Assembly: GCA_016183835.1 (NCBI GenBank)
Contig: JACPDV010000418.1
Span: 1-45,072, forward strand
Length of the DNA stretch: 45,072 nucleotides
Source of the DNA: Armatimonadota bacterium
GTDB lineage: Bacteria > Armatimonadota > UBA10988
Direction: 5' to 3'
The translations under genes and the position numbers were made by a program. This document shows, one piece after another, positions 1 to 7,771 of the stretch. Each line of letters begins with the position of its first letter. Within the stretch, counting starts at the first letter, position 1. Below the pieces are notes generated by a model. It saw nothing but the letters and a program-made list of their open reading frames with translations, ran no database searches and was not told the DNA's origin.

Positions 1-2217
1 CACGCGCACCACCGCCGGATCGAGCCGGCGCGGCTCGACCTCGAGGAAACCCGACGGATGGTCGCCGGCCTGCTCCGCCAGCGCGGGCTGCTCGGCGCCG
101 AGACTCCGGTCGAGGACAGCCTCGCCGTCGCCGTATACGGCAAGTCGATGGGCAACCCGTTCTTCATCGACCAGACGGTGAACGCCCTCCTCGAGCGCGC
201 GGCGCAGACGGGGCGGCCCACCATCGACCACCGCCGCGGGCGGCTGTTGATCCCCGAAGAGGAGCTGCACGACCTGGTGCCGGGGAGTGTGGAGGAGATC
301 CTCCTGGCGCGCATCGACCGGCTCCCCGACGAACCGCGACGGGTGCTCCAGGCGGCCGGCGTGGCCATGATCGGCCGCTACTTCCGCCGCAGCGCGCTCG
401 AGTTCGTCCTCGACGAGACCGCCGCCGACGTGGGTCAGGCGCTGGCCGTGCTGCAGGAGCGCGAGCTCGTCCGGCATGCCGGCGGGCAGGCCGACGACCA
501 GTACTCGTTCGAGCACACCCTCGCCCGCGACGTGGCCTACAACGCCCTCCTCCGCGCCGAGAGGCGCCGCCTCCACGGGCGCGTGGGCGAGTACATCGAG
601 ACCCACTACGCCCACAGCGTGGAGGCCTACGTCGACGACCTGTCGTACCACTTCTACAACTCGGCCTTCCCCGCCAAGGCGCTGGAGTACCTGCCGCAGA
701 GCGCGTCACGCGCGCGCCGGAGCTTCTCCAATCAGCAGGCCATGCTGCATTTCAAGCGGGCGCTGGAGAAGACCGACGAGGTCGACGGCGGGCGGCAGTC
801 GACCGACACCAATCAGCTCCGCCTGTCGCTGCTCAAAGGGCTGGTGGGCGTGCAGGTGCTGGTCGGCGATCGCGAGGCCATCGCTACCGGCCGTGAGCGG
901 CTCGCGCTGGCGCAGCAGATGGGCGATGCCGAGGCGGTCCTCGACGCCTCCTACATGCTCGCCCACAAGCTCACGGAGCTGGGCCAGTTCGAGGAGGCGC
1001 GCTCCTACTTCGGCATGGTGCTGGACGAGTACGAGCGGCGCGAGGACTGGCAGGGGCTGTGCGACACGGAATTCGGGGTCGGCCACTTCCACGCCCAGCA
1101 GGGCCGCTGGGCCGAGGCGCTCGAGCACTTCCAGCGCGCGCTGGAGGTGCAGGTGGAGCGGCTGGCCTTCAATCCGTTCTACCAGTGCGTGGTGAACACC
1201 AACCTGGCCGCCGCGTACGAGGGGCTGAGCCGTTTCCAGGAGGCGCTGCGGGCCTGCGCCGCCTGCGCCGAGCTGCTGCCCAAGCTGCCCGACGACGATC
1301 CCGACCGGATGCGGCTCGAAGCCTACGTGTTCGGCATCACCGGCTCGGCCCACACGCACCTGGGCGAGCTGGAGGAGGCGGTCACCGCCTACCTCCGCAC
1401 CCTGGCCATCGCGCAGGCCACGGGCGAGCGGAACATCGAGGCCGAGGTGCGTTGCGTGTTCGCCCGCGCACTCCTGTGGCTAGGCCGCGTGACCGAGGCG
1501 AGGACGCACCTGGACGAGGCCATCGAGCTGTCGCGCGAGACCGGCAACACCCGCTGGGAGGCTGCCGGGCTGGTGCAGCGCGGCGAGCTGCTGCTCGGCC
1601 TGGGCCGCAACGCCGAAGCCGCCGAGCAGGCCTCTGCCGCCCACGCGGTGACCGAGCAGGTCGGCGAGCTGGCCGTGGCCGGCGAGCTGGGCGTGCTCGA
1701 GGCCCGGCTCGCCCTCGCCGGGGGCCACGCCGCCGTCGCCGCCGAGCGGCTCGAAGCTCTGGCCCGCGAAGCGCAGGAGGGCCACCGGCCGCTCGAGCAC
1801 GCCACGGCCCTGGTCCACCTGGCCGAGGCCGAGCATGCCCGCGGCAGCGCCGACGCCGCGGGACGGCACCTGCACGACGCCCTGGCCCTGTGCCACGAGC
1901 GCGGCCTGCGCATTCTGGAGGCCCGCGCCCGGCTGGTGCAGGCCCGCCTGGCGGCCGAGGAGGAGGCCCTCGCAGCCGTGGAGACGGCGCTCTTCCTGGC
2001 CGGCGCCACGCACACCCCCGAGCTGTTCGCCGCCGCGCTGGGGCTGCGCGCCGAGCTGCAGGCCCCCGCGGATCTGGCGGCGGCCCTGGCCGATCTGGAG
2101 GAGGCCGACGCCCGGCTCGCCGAGCTGCAGCCCCAGTGCGGCGACGAGTTCGTGCGCGCGGTCGAGCAGCGCTACCTCGACCCGGTACGGGAGCGGCTCA
2201 AGGCCGGCACGGGATGA
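1..2217 (+). CDS. STAND-type (AAA_16-like) ATPase/TPR regulator, C-terminal part; 5' end lies outside the window
   Basis: Frame 1 is open from nt 1, with no stop before the ATG at 58, so the gene enters from upstream. GNPFFIDQ, RIDRLPDEPRRVLQAAGV..GRYF and YSFEHTLARDVAY..RRRLH are the helical-lid/winged-helix motifs that follow the P-loop in large ATP-binding LuxR/adenylate-cyclase-type regulators. The remainder is TPR-like A/L/E-rich repeats. Stop TGA is at 2215-2217. Confidence 0.75.
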   Translation, partial: HAHHRRIEPARLDLEETRRMVAGLLRQRGLLGAETPVEDSLAVAVYGKSMGNPFFIDQTVNALLERAAQTGRPTIDHRRGRLLIPEEELHDLVPGSVEEILLARIDRLPDEPRRVLQAAGVAMIGRYFRRSALEFVLDETAADVGQALAVLQERELVRHAGGQADDQYSFEHTLARDVAYNALLRAERRRLHGRVGEYIETHYAHSVEAYVDDLSYHFYNSAFPAKALEYLPQSASRARRSFSNQQAMLHFKRALEKTDEVDGGRQSTDTNQLRLSLLKGLVGVQVLVGDREAIATGRERLALAQQMGDAEAVLDASYMLAHKLTELGQFEEARSYFGMVLDEYERREDWQGLCDTEFGVGHFHAQQGRWAEALEHFQRALEVQVERLAFNPFYQCVVNTNLAAAYEGLSRFQEALRACAACAELLPKLPDDDPDRMRLEAYVFGITGSAHTHLGELEEAVTAYLRTLAIAQATGERNIEAEVRCVFARALLWLGRVTEARTHLDEAIELSRETGNTRWEAAGLVQRGELLLGLGRNAEAAEQASAAHAVTEQVGELAVAGELGVLEARLALAGGHAAVAAERLEALAREAQEGHRPLEHATALVHLAEAEHARGSADAAGRHLHDALALCHERGLRILEARARLVQARLAAEEEALAAVETALFLAGATHTPELFAAALGLRAELQAPADLAAALADLEEADARLAELQPQCGDEFVRAVEQRYLDPVRERLKAGTG

Positions 2218-5180
2218 ACCGGCGCCCCCGCTGCCCACGGTGTCCCGCGGCGCGTCTCCTGGCGGCGCTCCTGGCCGCCGGGCTCGCCGGCCCGGCCGCG
2301 GCGCAGCCGCTGGTCAGGGTGGACGGCGTGGTCGCCCGGAGCGCGCCCGCCGGCAGCCGGCCGGGCTCGCGCGCGGGCACGCGGGTCGAGCTGCTCGCGC
2401 TCCACGGGTCCGCCACGGCGACGGCGCTCACCGATGCCCACGGCGCGTTCCATTTCGAGGCCGTGGCCCCGGGCGACTACCAACTGGAGGCCTCCGGCCC
2501 CGGCGCCGAGGGCGCGCTACGCTTCATCACGGTCGCCCCGGACGGCGACTACACCTGCCGGGTGGTGCTCGCCTCGCACTCGGAAGCGCTCCTTCTGACC
2601 GTCTTCTGGAGCGCTCTGGCCCTGCTGATCGCCGTCGCCGCGTGCGCCACGATCCTGCTCTACGGATTGTCGCGGCGCCACAGCGAGACCTCGGCGCCGC
2701 GCTCGGTGACGGTGGCGGTGGGGCTGTGGGCGGCGGCGTTCGCGCTCTATGCCGTGCTCGCGCCCGACATGCAGCCGCTGCTGCTCGAAGTGGCGGCGCC
2801 GCTCAGCTCGCTCTTGGCGGCGCTGGTGGGCGCCTGCGTGGTGCTGGTGATGGTCGAGCTGCGGCTGCCGCCGCTGGCGGCGGCGCTGGGCTGCCTCTCC
2901 GGGCTGCTGCTGGCGGTGGCCAGCCGCGCCGCGCTGCCGCCCGGCACGCCGATGTGGCTGGGCATCGGTGTGGGCTTGCTGTTCTGGACCACGGCGGCGG
3001 GCACGCTGATCGCGGTGCCGCTGAAGCGCAAGAGCTTCGTCGTGCTGGCCGCCATCCTGGTCGCGATGGTGGATGCCTGGAGCGTGACCTGCGGCCCGAC
3101 CGGGGCCCTGGTGCAGAGCCACGCGCCGGCGGCCGTCCGGCTGGCATCCCTGGGCGTGCTGCCCTGGCCGGTGCTCGGCTCCGACCTGGTGAACGGGGTG
3201 ATCGGATCGGGCGACTTCCTCTTCCTGGCCTGGTTCCTGGCGGCGGCGCAGCGGTTCGACATGGGTGTCGTGCGCAACTTCTGGGCGCTCCTGGCGGCGC
3301 TGAGCACCGGCATCATCCTGGCCCACGTGATGCAGCACACGGGCGTGGTGGCGGTGGGGCTGCCGGCGCTGCCGTTCCTCTGCGTGTTCTTTCTGGCGGC
3401 CAACGCCGGGCAGTTCGAGCTGCTGCCGCGCGAGCGGAAGCAGATTGCCGGCTGCGCCGCGGGCGTCGGCCTGGTCCTGGCGGGCCTGAGCTGGTGGACT
3501 CTGACGCGGCAGCCGGTGGAGCAGGTGGATGTGCGGCTCGACGCCCCTGCGGGCCGGGCCCGGGCGGCGCGGCTGTGGGACCCGGAGGCGCCGGCGGTGG
3601 CTCCGCTGGGGCCGCCCGATGCACACGGCGTGCGGAGTGCCGGCTGCACCGCCGATGTGGATGGGAGGCCGTGCCCGGTGACGGGGTTCCTGGCGGCGCC
3701 CTCCGGCGCGCGGGCGGCGGTGGTGGAGCTGGTGCCGCCCGACAGCTATGCCGCAGCGGCGGCGGGCTGGTGGGCGGCGCGGGGCAAAGCCTGCCTGGCG
3801 ATTGCGGGGCCCGCCGCCGGCCGGGAGCCGTACGACGTGTTCCCCCGTGTGCACGGCTCGTCGCTCTACGCGGCGGGTGCGGCGGCGCTCGCCGGGATGC
3901 AGGTCCTGCGCGGGCAGGCCGGCCTGGTGCCGGTGGCGCTGGTGGGCACCGGCTGGGGCGGCGTGGCGGCGCTCGATCTGGCCGCCGATTGTCCGGACGT
4001 GGCGGCGGTGGTGGCGGCGGGCGCCGGCGACCCGGCCGAGGGCGACGGCGCCGTGGCGCGCGGGCTGGCAGCAGAGTCGGCGGCCACTCGCGAGCGCTGG
4101 CTGGCGCGTTACGGTCCTGCGGGCCGTGCGGCCGGCTTGCAGCGGCCGGTCCTGCTGGTCGCCGCCGCCAACGATCCGGACGCCACCCTGCCATCGGTGG
4201 TCGCCTTGCGCCGGGCACTGGACGGGGGCGGGACGCGGCTGGTGATCCTGCCCAACGCCGACCGCACGGAGCCATCCGGCCGGCCGGCGGCGGCGCAGTG
4301 GCTCGATCAAGCGCTGCGCGGCGCGGCTGGCGCGATCCCGGAGCCGGGGCTCGAGGCGGCCGCCGACGGCGCCCGGCTGCGGCTCACCGCCACCGGCTGC
4401 AGCGCGGCCAACACGGCCTCGGCCACGTTCTACCTGTCTTGCTTCCCCGAGCCGCGCGGCGGCTGGGCGGGCCGCTGGTGGAGCGCGCTCCCGGGCCGCG
4501 TGGAGAGCGGGCGCTGGACGGCGCTGGCGGAGCTGGCCGGGAGCCTGGACCGCATTGCCGCCTTCGTCGAGGTGCGCGGGCGCGACGGGGCGCGGGTCTG
4601 CTCCCTGCCGCTCGTGGCCGGCGCCGCCGACCTTGGTTTGCAGCCCACGGCGGCGGTCTGGCCGAACCCGGTGATCGCCGCCTTCGAGCAGGGCGATGAG
4701 GGCTGGCGGGGCGGGGTGCCCGGCGCCGCCGCGCCGCGCGGCGGGGCGCTCGAGGTGAGCGTGCCGCCGGACCGAGGTGGTGTCCGGCTCACCACCAACC
4801 GCGTGGGCGCGCTCCCCGAGCTGGGTGGCCAGGCCGCCACGCTGGACTTGACGCTGCGTGCGGACGATCGGATCCGCATCGAGGCGTGGATCGTCGAACG
4901 CTTCGGGACTGTCGTAGAACGGCGCTTCGAGGCGCAGGGCGAAGTGTCTGCGGGAGCGCGCCAGACCGTGCGACTGCGGCTCGATCAGTTTCACATGGCC
5001 GACCGCTCCGCCCGGTTGGTCTGGCAGGCCGTGGACACCCTTGAGCTGGGCCTGACCAGGGCCGGCGCCGAGTACGTCGTCGGACTGGAGCCCGGCAGCC
5101 CCGGTCCCAAGTTGCGGCTCGAGCGGATCGCCCTGGCCGGCCCCGGCTACGGCGCGGTGCGGGCGGTGGAGACGAGATGA
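2214..5180 (+). CDS. Multidomain membrane protein: signal peptide, CarboxypepD_reg-like domain, presenilin/SPP-like GxGD polytopic core, degenerate alpha/beta-hydrolase-like domain, C-terminal beta-rich domain
   Basis: ATG 2214 overlaps the upstream stop (ATGA). There is a Sec signal (LLAALLAAGLAGPAAA/QP) and a CarboxypepD_reg-like motif (TDAHGAFHFEAVAPGDYQLEA). About 10 hydrophobic helices carry VAMVDAWSV (D at 3072-3074), VIGSGDFLF (D at 3213-3215) and GLPALPF (3363-3371). These are followed by VALVGTGWGGVAAL ... LLVAAANDPD ... LPNADR. The 1059-2213 part of the track ORF is an R/G/P-rich out-of-frame shadow of the upstream gene. Confidence 0.8.
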   Translation: MNRRPRCPRCPAARLLAALLAAGLAGPAAAQPLVRVDGVVARSAPAGSRPGSRAGTRVELLALHGSATATALTDAHGAFHFEAVAPGDYQLEASGPGAEGALRFITVAPDGDYTCRVVLASHSEALLLTVFWSALALLIAVAACATILLYGLSRRHSETSAPRSVTVAVGLWAAAFALYAVLAPDMQPLLLEVAAPLSSLLAALVGACVVLVMVELRLPPLAAALGCLSGLLLAVASRAALPPGTPMWLGIGVGLLFWTTAAGTLIAVPLKRKSFVVLAAILVAMVDAWSVTCGPTGALVQSHAPAAVRLASLGVLPWPVLGSDLVNGVIGSGDFLFLAWFLAAAQRFDMGVVRNFWALLAALSTGIILAHVMQHTGVVAVGLPALPFLCVFFLAANAGQFELLPRERKQIAGCAAGVGLVLAGLSWWTLTRQPVEQVDVRLDAPAGRARAARLWDPEAPAVAPLGPPDAHGVRSAGCTADVDGRPCPVTGFLAAPSGARAAVVELVPPDSYAAAAAGWWAARGKACLAIAGPAAGREPYDVFPRVHGSSLYAAGAAALAGMQVLRGQAGLVPVALVGTGWGGVAALDLAADCPDVAAVVAAGAGDPAEGDGAVARGLAAESAATRERWLARYGPAGRAAGLQRPVLLVAAANDPDATLPSVVALRRALDGGGTRLVILPNADRTEPSGRPAAAQWLDQALRGAAGAIPEPGLEAAADGARLRLTATGCSAANTASATFYLSCFPEPRGGWAGRWWSALPGRVESGRWTALAELAGSLDRIAAFVEVRGRDGARVCSLPLVAGAADLGLQPTAAVWPNPVIAAFEQGDEGWRGGVPGAAAPRGGALEVSVPPDRGGVRLTTNRVGALPELGGQAATLDLTLRADDRIRIEAWIVERFGTVVERRFEAQGEVSAGARQTVRLRLDQFHMADRSARLVWQAVDTLELGLTRAGAEYVVGLEPGSPGPKLRLERIALAGPGYGAVRAVETR

Positions 5181-6451
5181 GCATCCGGCCGCGGTGGTTT
5201 CTCCTGGCCCTCCCGGCGCTGGCCGCCCTGGCCGTGGGCGATGCGCCGCGTGAGCCTCTGACCATCGTTGTCTGTGGCTTGACGCAGGACTACCTGGAGG
5301 CCTGCGGCTGCGGCGGGCAGACCGCCGGCGGCCTGGCCCGGCGGGTGGGAGTGATCAAGGAGCTGCGCGCCGAGATGCCCGGCCTGGTGCTGATCGACGC
5401 CGGCGACCTGGGCGTCAAGGACCAGACCCTCGCCGTGATCGCCCGCAGTCTGGCCGCGGCGGGGGTCGATGCCGTGGGCATGGCGGGCGGCGACCTGGGC
5501 CGCTACGCCACCCTCGCGGCGGCGGCCAGGCTGCACGCCCTCCCCTTCACCAGCCTCGCCACCCCCGCCCCGCCCGTGCCGGGCGTGGCCGCGCCGCCCG
5601 GCTCGGTGACGATCGAGCGCTCGAGCGGGTGGCGCGTGGGCGTGGTGTCGCTGGCCCACAGCCCCGACTCCGTCAGCACGATGGCGGCCCGTTGTGCCGC
5701 GGAGCTGAAGCGGCTCAAGGCGGCGGGCTGCCAGGTCACCGTCCTCATCTCGCACCTTGGCGATGACTCCATCGACCGGCTGATGGCCACGCTTCAGCCC
5801 CGGCCGGACCTGATCCTGTACGCCACCAGCCAGAACTTCCCCGGCATGCCGGAGGAGCGGGGCGGCTGCTGGTGGGTGCCGATCTCACACCGCGGCCGAT
5901 CGGTGGGCGTGATCAGCGTCAGCGCCGGGGCGGACGGGCTCGACATCAGCGTGGCACAGAGCCTCCTCGCCCGCGGACCCATCGACCCGGTGGTGCAGGG
6001 CTGGGTGGATGGCTACTACCAGACGCTGCGGGCCGGACAGGTGGAGCAGACGGGGGAGCGCCCGGCCGCCAGCTACCCCGCGCCGAGCGAGTGCGAGAAG
6101 TGCCACGCCGCGTCGGTGGCGGCCTGGCGGAAGCACCCCCACGCCCACGCCGTGGAGACGCTCGAGGAACGCGGGCGGGACGTGGCGGCGTGCCTCGTGT
6201 GCCATGCCGAGTCGCTCCGGCGCGACGGACAGCGCCCGCCGCAGAAGGGCGACCGCGGCGTGGAGTGCGCCACCTGCCACCAGGGCCTGGCCGAGCACCT
6301 GAAGGACGCGACGCGGCATCCCACGAGCGCGGCGGAGAAGGACTGCGTGGTCTGCCACAACGCCGAGAACAGCGCCCACTTCACCTTCGCGACGTATCGT
6401 GGTAGCGTAGTGAAGGCCTGCCGCGGCGGCGGTGGAGGAGACGCGAAGTGA
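5177..6451 (+). CDS. Secreted tetra-haem c-type cytochrome with a degenerate 5'-nucleotidase/metallophosphatase-like N-domain
   Basis: ATG 5177 overlaps the upstream stop (ATGA) and is followed by a signal peptide (FLLALPALAALAVG). There are four CxxCH motifs: CEKCH 6092-6106, CLVCH 6191-6205, CATCH 6266-6280 and CVVCH 6344-6358. The N-terminal part (GGLARRVGVIKELRAEMPGLVLIDAGD) resembles the 5'-nucleotidase/SoxB-type fold but lacks the DxH/GNHE metal ligands. Confidence 0.8.
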   Translation: MSIRPRWFLLALPALAALAVGDAPREPLTIVVCGLTQDYLEACGCGGQTAGGLARRVGVIKELRAEMPGLVLIDAGDLGVKDQTLAVIARSLAAAGVDAVGMAGGDLGRYATLAAAARLHALPFTSLATPAPPVPGVAAPPGSVTIERSSGWRVGVVSLAHSPDSVSTMAARCAAELKRLKAAGCQVTVLISHLGDDSIDRLMATLQPRPDLILYATSQNFPGMPEERGGCWWVPISHRGRSVGVISVSAGADGLDISVAQSLLARGPIDPVVQGWVDGYYQTLRAGQVEQTGERPAASYPAPSECEKCHAASVAAWRKHPHAHAVETLEERGRDVAACLVCHAESLRRDGQRPPQKGDRGVECATCHQGLAEHLKDATRHPTSAAEKDCVVCHNAENSAHFTFATYRGSVVKACRGGGGGDAK

Positions 6452-6651
6452 AACGACTGCGCAAGGTCCTGACCTGCCTGCTGCTGGCCCTGCCGCTGCT
6501 CTGCTCGGCCGCGGGCTGCAAGAAGAGCGACAAGGGCTACGACGAGATCGGCGCGCCGGCGGCGGACGTCAACGCCATCCGCCAGGAGTCGCGGGAGCGC
6601 AAGGCGCGCGGCGAGAAGCCCGTCGCGCCCCCAGCGGACGCTCCGAAGTAG
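6448..6651 (+). CDS. Small lipoprotein (67 aa)
   Basis: GTG 6448 overlaps the upstream stop (GTGA). MKRLRKVLTCLLLALPLLCSAAGC is a lipoprotein signal with a lipobox (AAG-C). The tail is rich in charged K/E/R/P residues. Confidence 0.6.
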   Translation: MKRLRKVLTCLLLALPLLCSAAGCKKSDKGYDEIGAPAADVNAIRQESRERKARGEKPVAPPADAPK

Positions 6652-6749
6652 CTCGCCCGCCGCGCCTCGACGCCTGCGCCGGCTGCGGCTGCCCTGAACA
6701 TCGACGCCGCCGGGCGCGTGTGATAGGCTACCGCCAGGAGTCTGAGGCG

Positions 6750-7610
6750 ATGCCGCAAGTCGAGCCGTTGGCATTGGGCGTGATGATGGGTCTCCACGGC
6801 GACCCGCTCGAGTCGTTCAAGAAGCTCCGGGACCTGGGCTTCTCCACCTGCCAGCTCGGCGGACCGCCGGAGAGCTATGTCAGCGGGCCCGACGCCGAGC
6901 GGCTCACCGACCAGTTCCGCGAGGCGCTCGCCGCCACGGGTGTCACCGTCACCTCGGTCTTCATCATGTACAGCGGCCACGTGTGGGACCTGGTGAAGGG
7001 CCCCAACACCATCGGCCTGGTGCCCGCCGACAAGCGCGGCGCGCGGGTGGTGCAGGCGGTGCGGGTGAGCAACTGGGCGCGGAGCGCCGGGATCGACGCG
7101 GTCACCTCGCACATCGGGTTCATCCCCGAAGATCCCGACGACCCGAACTTCCCGCCCTTCGTCGAGACGATGCAAGCGCTGGTGGACTACTTCATCGACA
7201 ACGGGCAGACCTTCGCCTTCGAGACCGGGCAGGAAACCGCCGCCACGCTGGTGCGCACCATCCAGGCCATCGACCGGCACCCCCACGTCGGGATCAACCT
7301 GGACCCGGCCAACCTGCTCCTGTACGGCAAGAACCGGCCGATGGAAGTGGTGGACCTGGTGGCGCCGTACGTCTTCAACACCCACTGCAAGGACGGGCAT
7401 CTGCCCGAGCCGGGCGGCAAGCTGGGCCACGAGGTGGCCCTCGGCGAGGGCGATGTGCGCATACGTGAGCTGATCCCGGCGTTGTACGAGCGCGGCTATC
7501 GCGGCCCGCTGACCATCGAGCGCGAGATCAGCGGCGAGAAGCAGACGCAGGACATCCTGCGGGCCAAGGCGCTGTTGGAGGAGATCCGCGGCAAGCTGCT
7601 GGGCCGCTGA
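6750..7610 (+). CDS. Sugar phosphate isomerase/epimerase (xylose-isomerase-like TIM barrel)
   Basis: ATG 6750 has AGGAG at 6736-6740. Motifs HIGFIPED, FAFETGQE, GINLDPANLLLYG and TIEREI are typical of the AP_endonuc_2/xylose-isomerase-like TIM-barrel family. The track ORF start at 6432 overlaps the two upstream genes and is rejected. Confidence 0.8.
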   Translation: MPQVEPLALGVMMGLHGDPLESFKKLRDLGFSTCQLGGPPESYVSGPDAERLTDQFREALAATGVTVTSVFIMYSGHVWDLVKGPNTIGLVPADKRGARVVQAVRVSNWARSAGIDAVTSHIGFIPEDPDDPNFPPFVETMQALVDYFIDNGQTFAFETGQETAATLVRTIQAIDRHPHVGINLDPANLLLYGKNRPMEVVDLVAPYVFNTHCKDGHLPEPGGKLGHEVALGEGDVRIRELIPALYERGYRGPLTIEREISGEKQTQDILRAKALLEEIRGKLLGR

Positions 7611-7624
7611 CCCGACGCGCGGCC

Positions 7625-7704
7625 GTGTGGCACGGGCAGTCTGCTGCCCGTGTTCGGTCGTCCGCCCGACGGCAGACACGGGCAGTGGACTGCCCGTGCC
7701 ACAC
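7625..7704 (+). repeat. Four-segment inverted-repeat structure (two hairpins sharing the same stem sequence)
   Basis: CACGGGCAG occurs at 7631 and 7677, and CTGCCCGTG at 7644 and 7690. Hairpin 1 is 7631-7652 (9-bp stem, 4-nt loop) and hairpin 2 is 7677-7698 (10-bp stem). The outer 17-nt perfect inverted repeat is 7625-7641 with 7688-7704. It sits in the 161-bp spacer between the isomerase and kinase genes. Confidence 0.85.
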
Positions 7705-7771
7705 CCGGTGGCGGCTCGCGAGCTGAGGGAGCTGCGTCTGTGCTCGGCGGCGGAGTGAAGGAGCTCGACTG

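Noticed and set aside
1059-2213. An N-terminal 385-aa extension of the track ORF 1059-5180.
   Set aside because: It overlaps the STAND/TPR gene out of frame and consists of R/G/A/P repeats. A Sec signal peptide and an ATGA-coupled ATG at 2214 mark the real start.
5177-6000. The N-domain of the cytochrome considered as an active 5'-nucleotidase/metallophosphatase.
   Set aside because: The canonical metal-binding motifs (DxH, GDxxDR, GNHE) are replaced. Only the fold-level pattern remains, so it is called degenerate.
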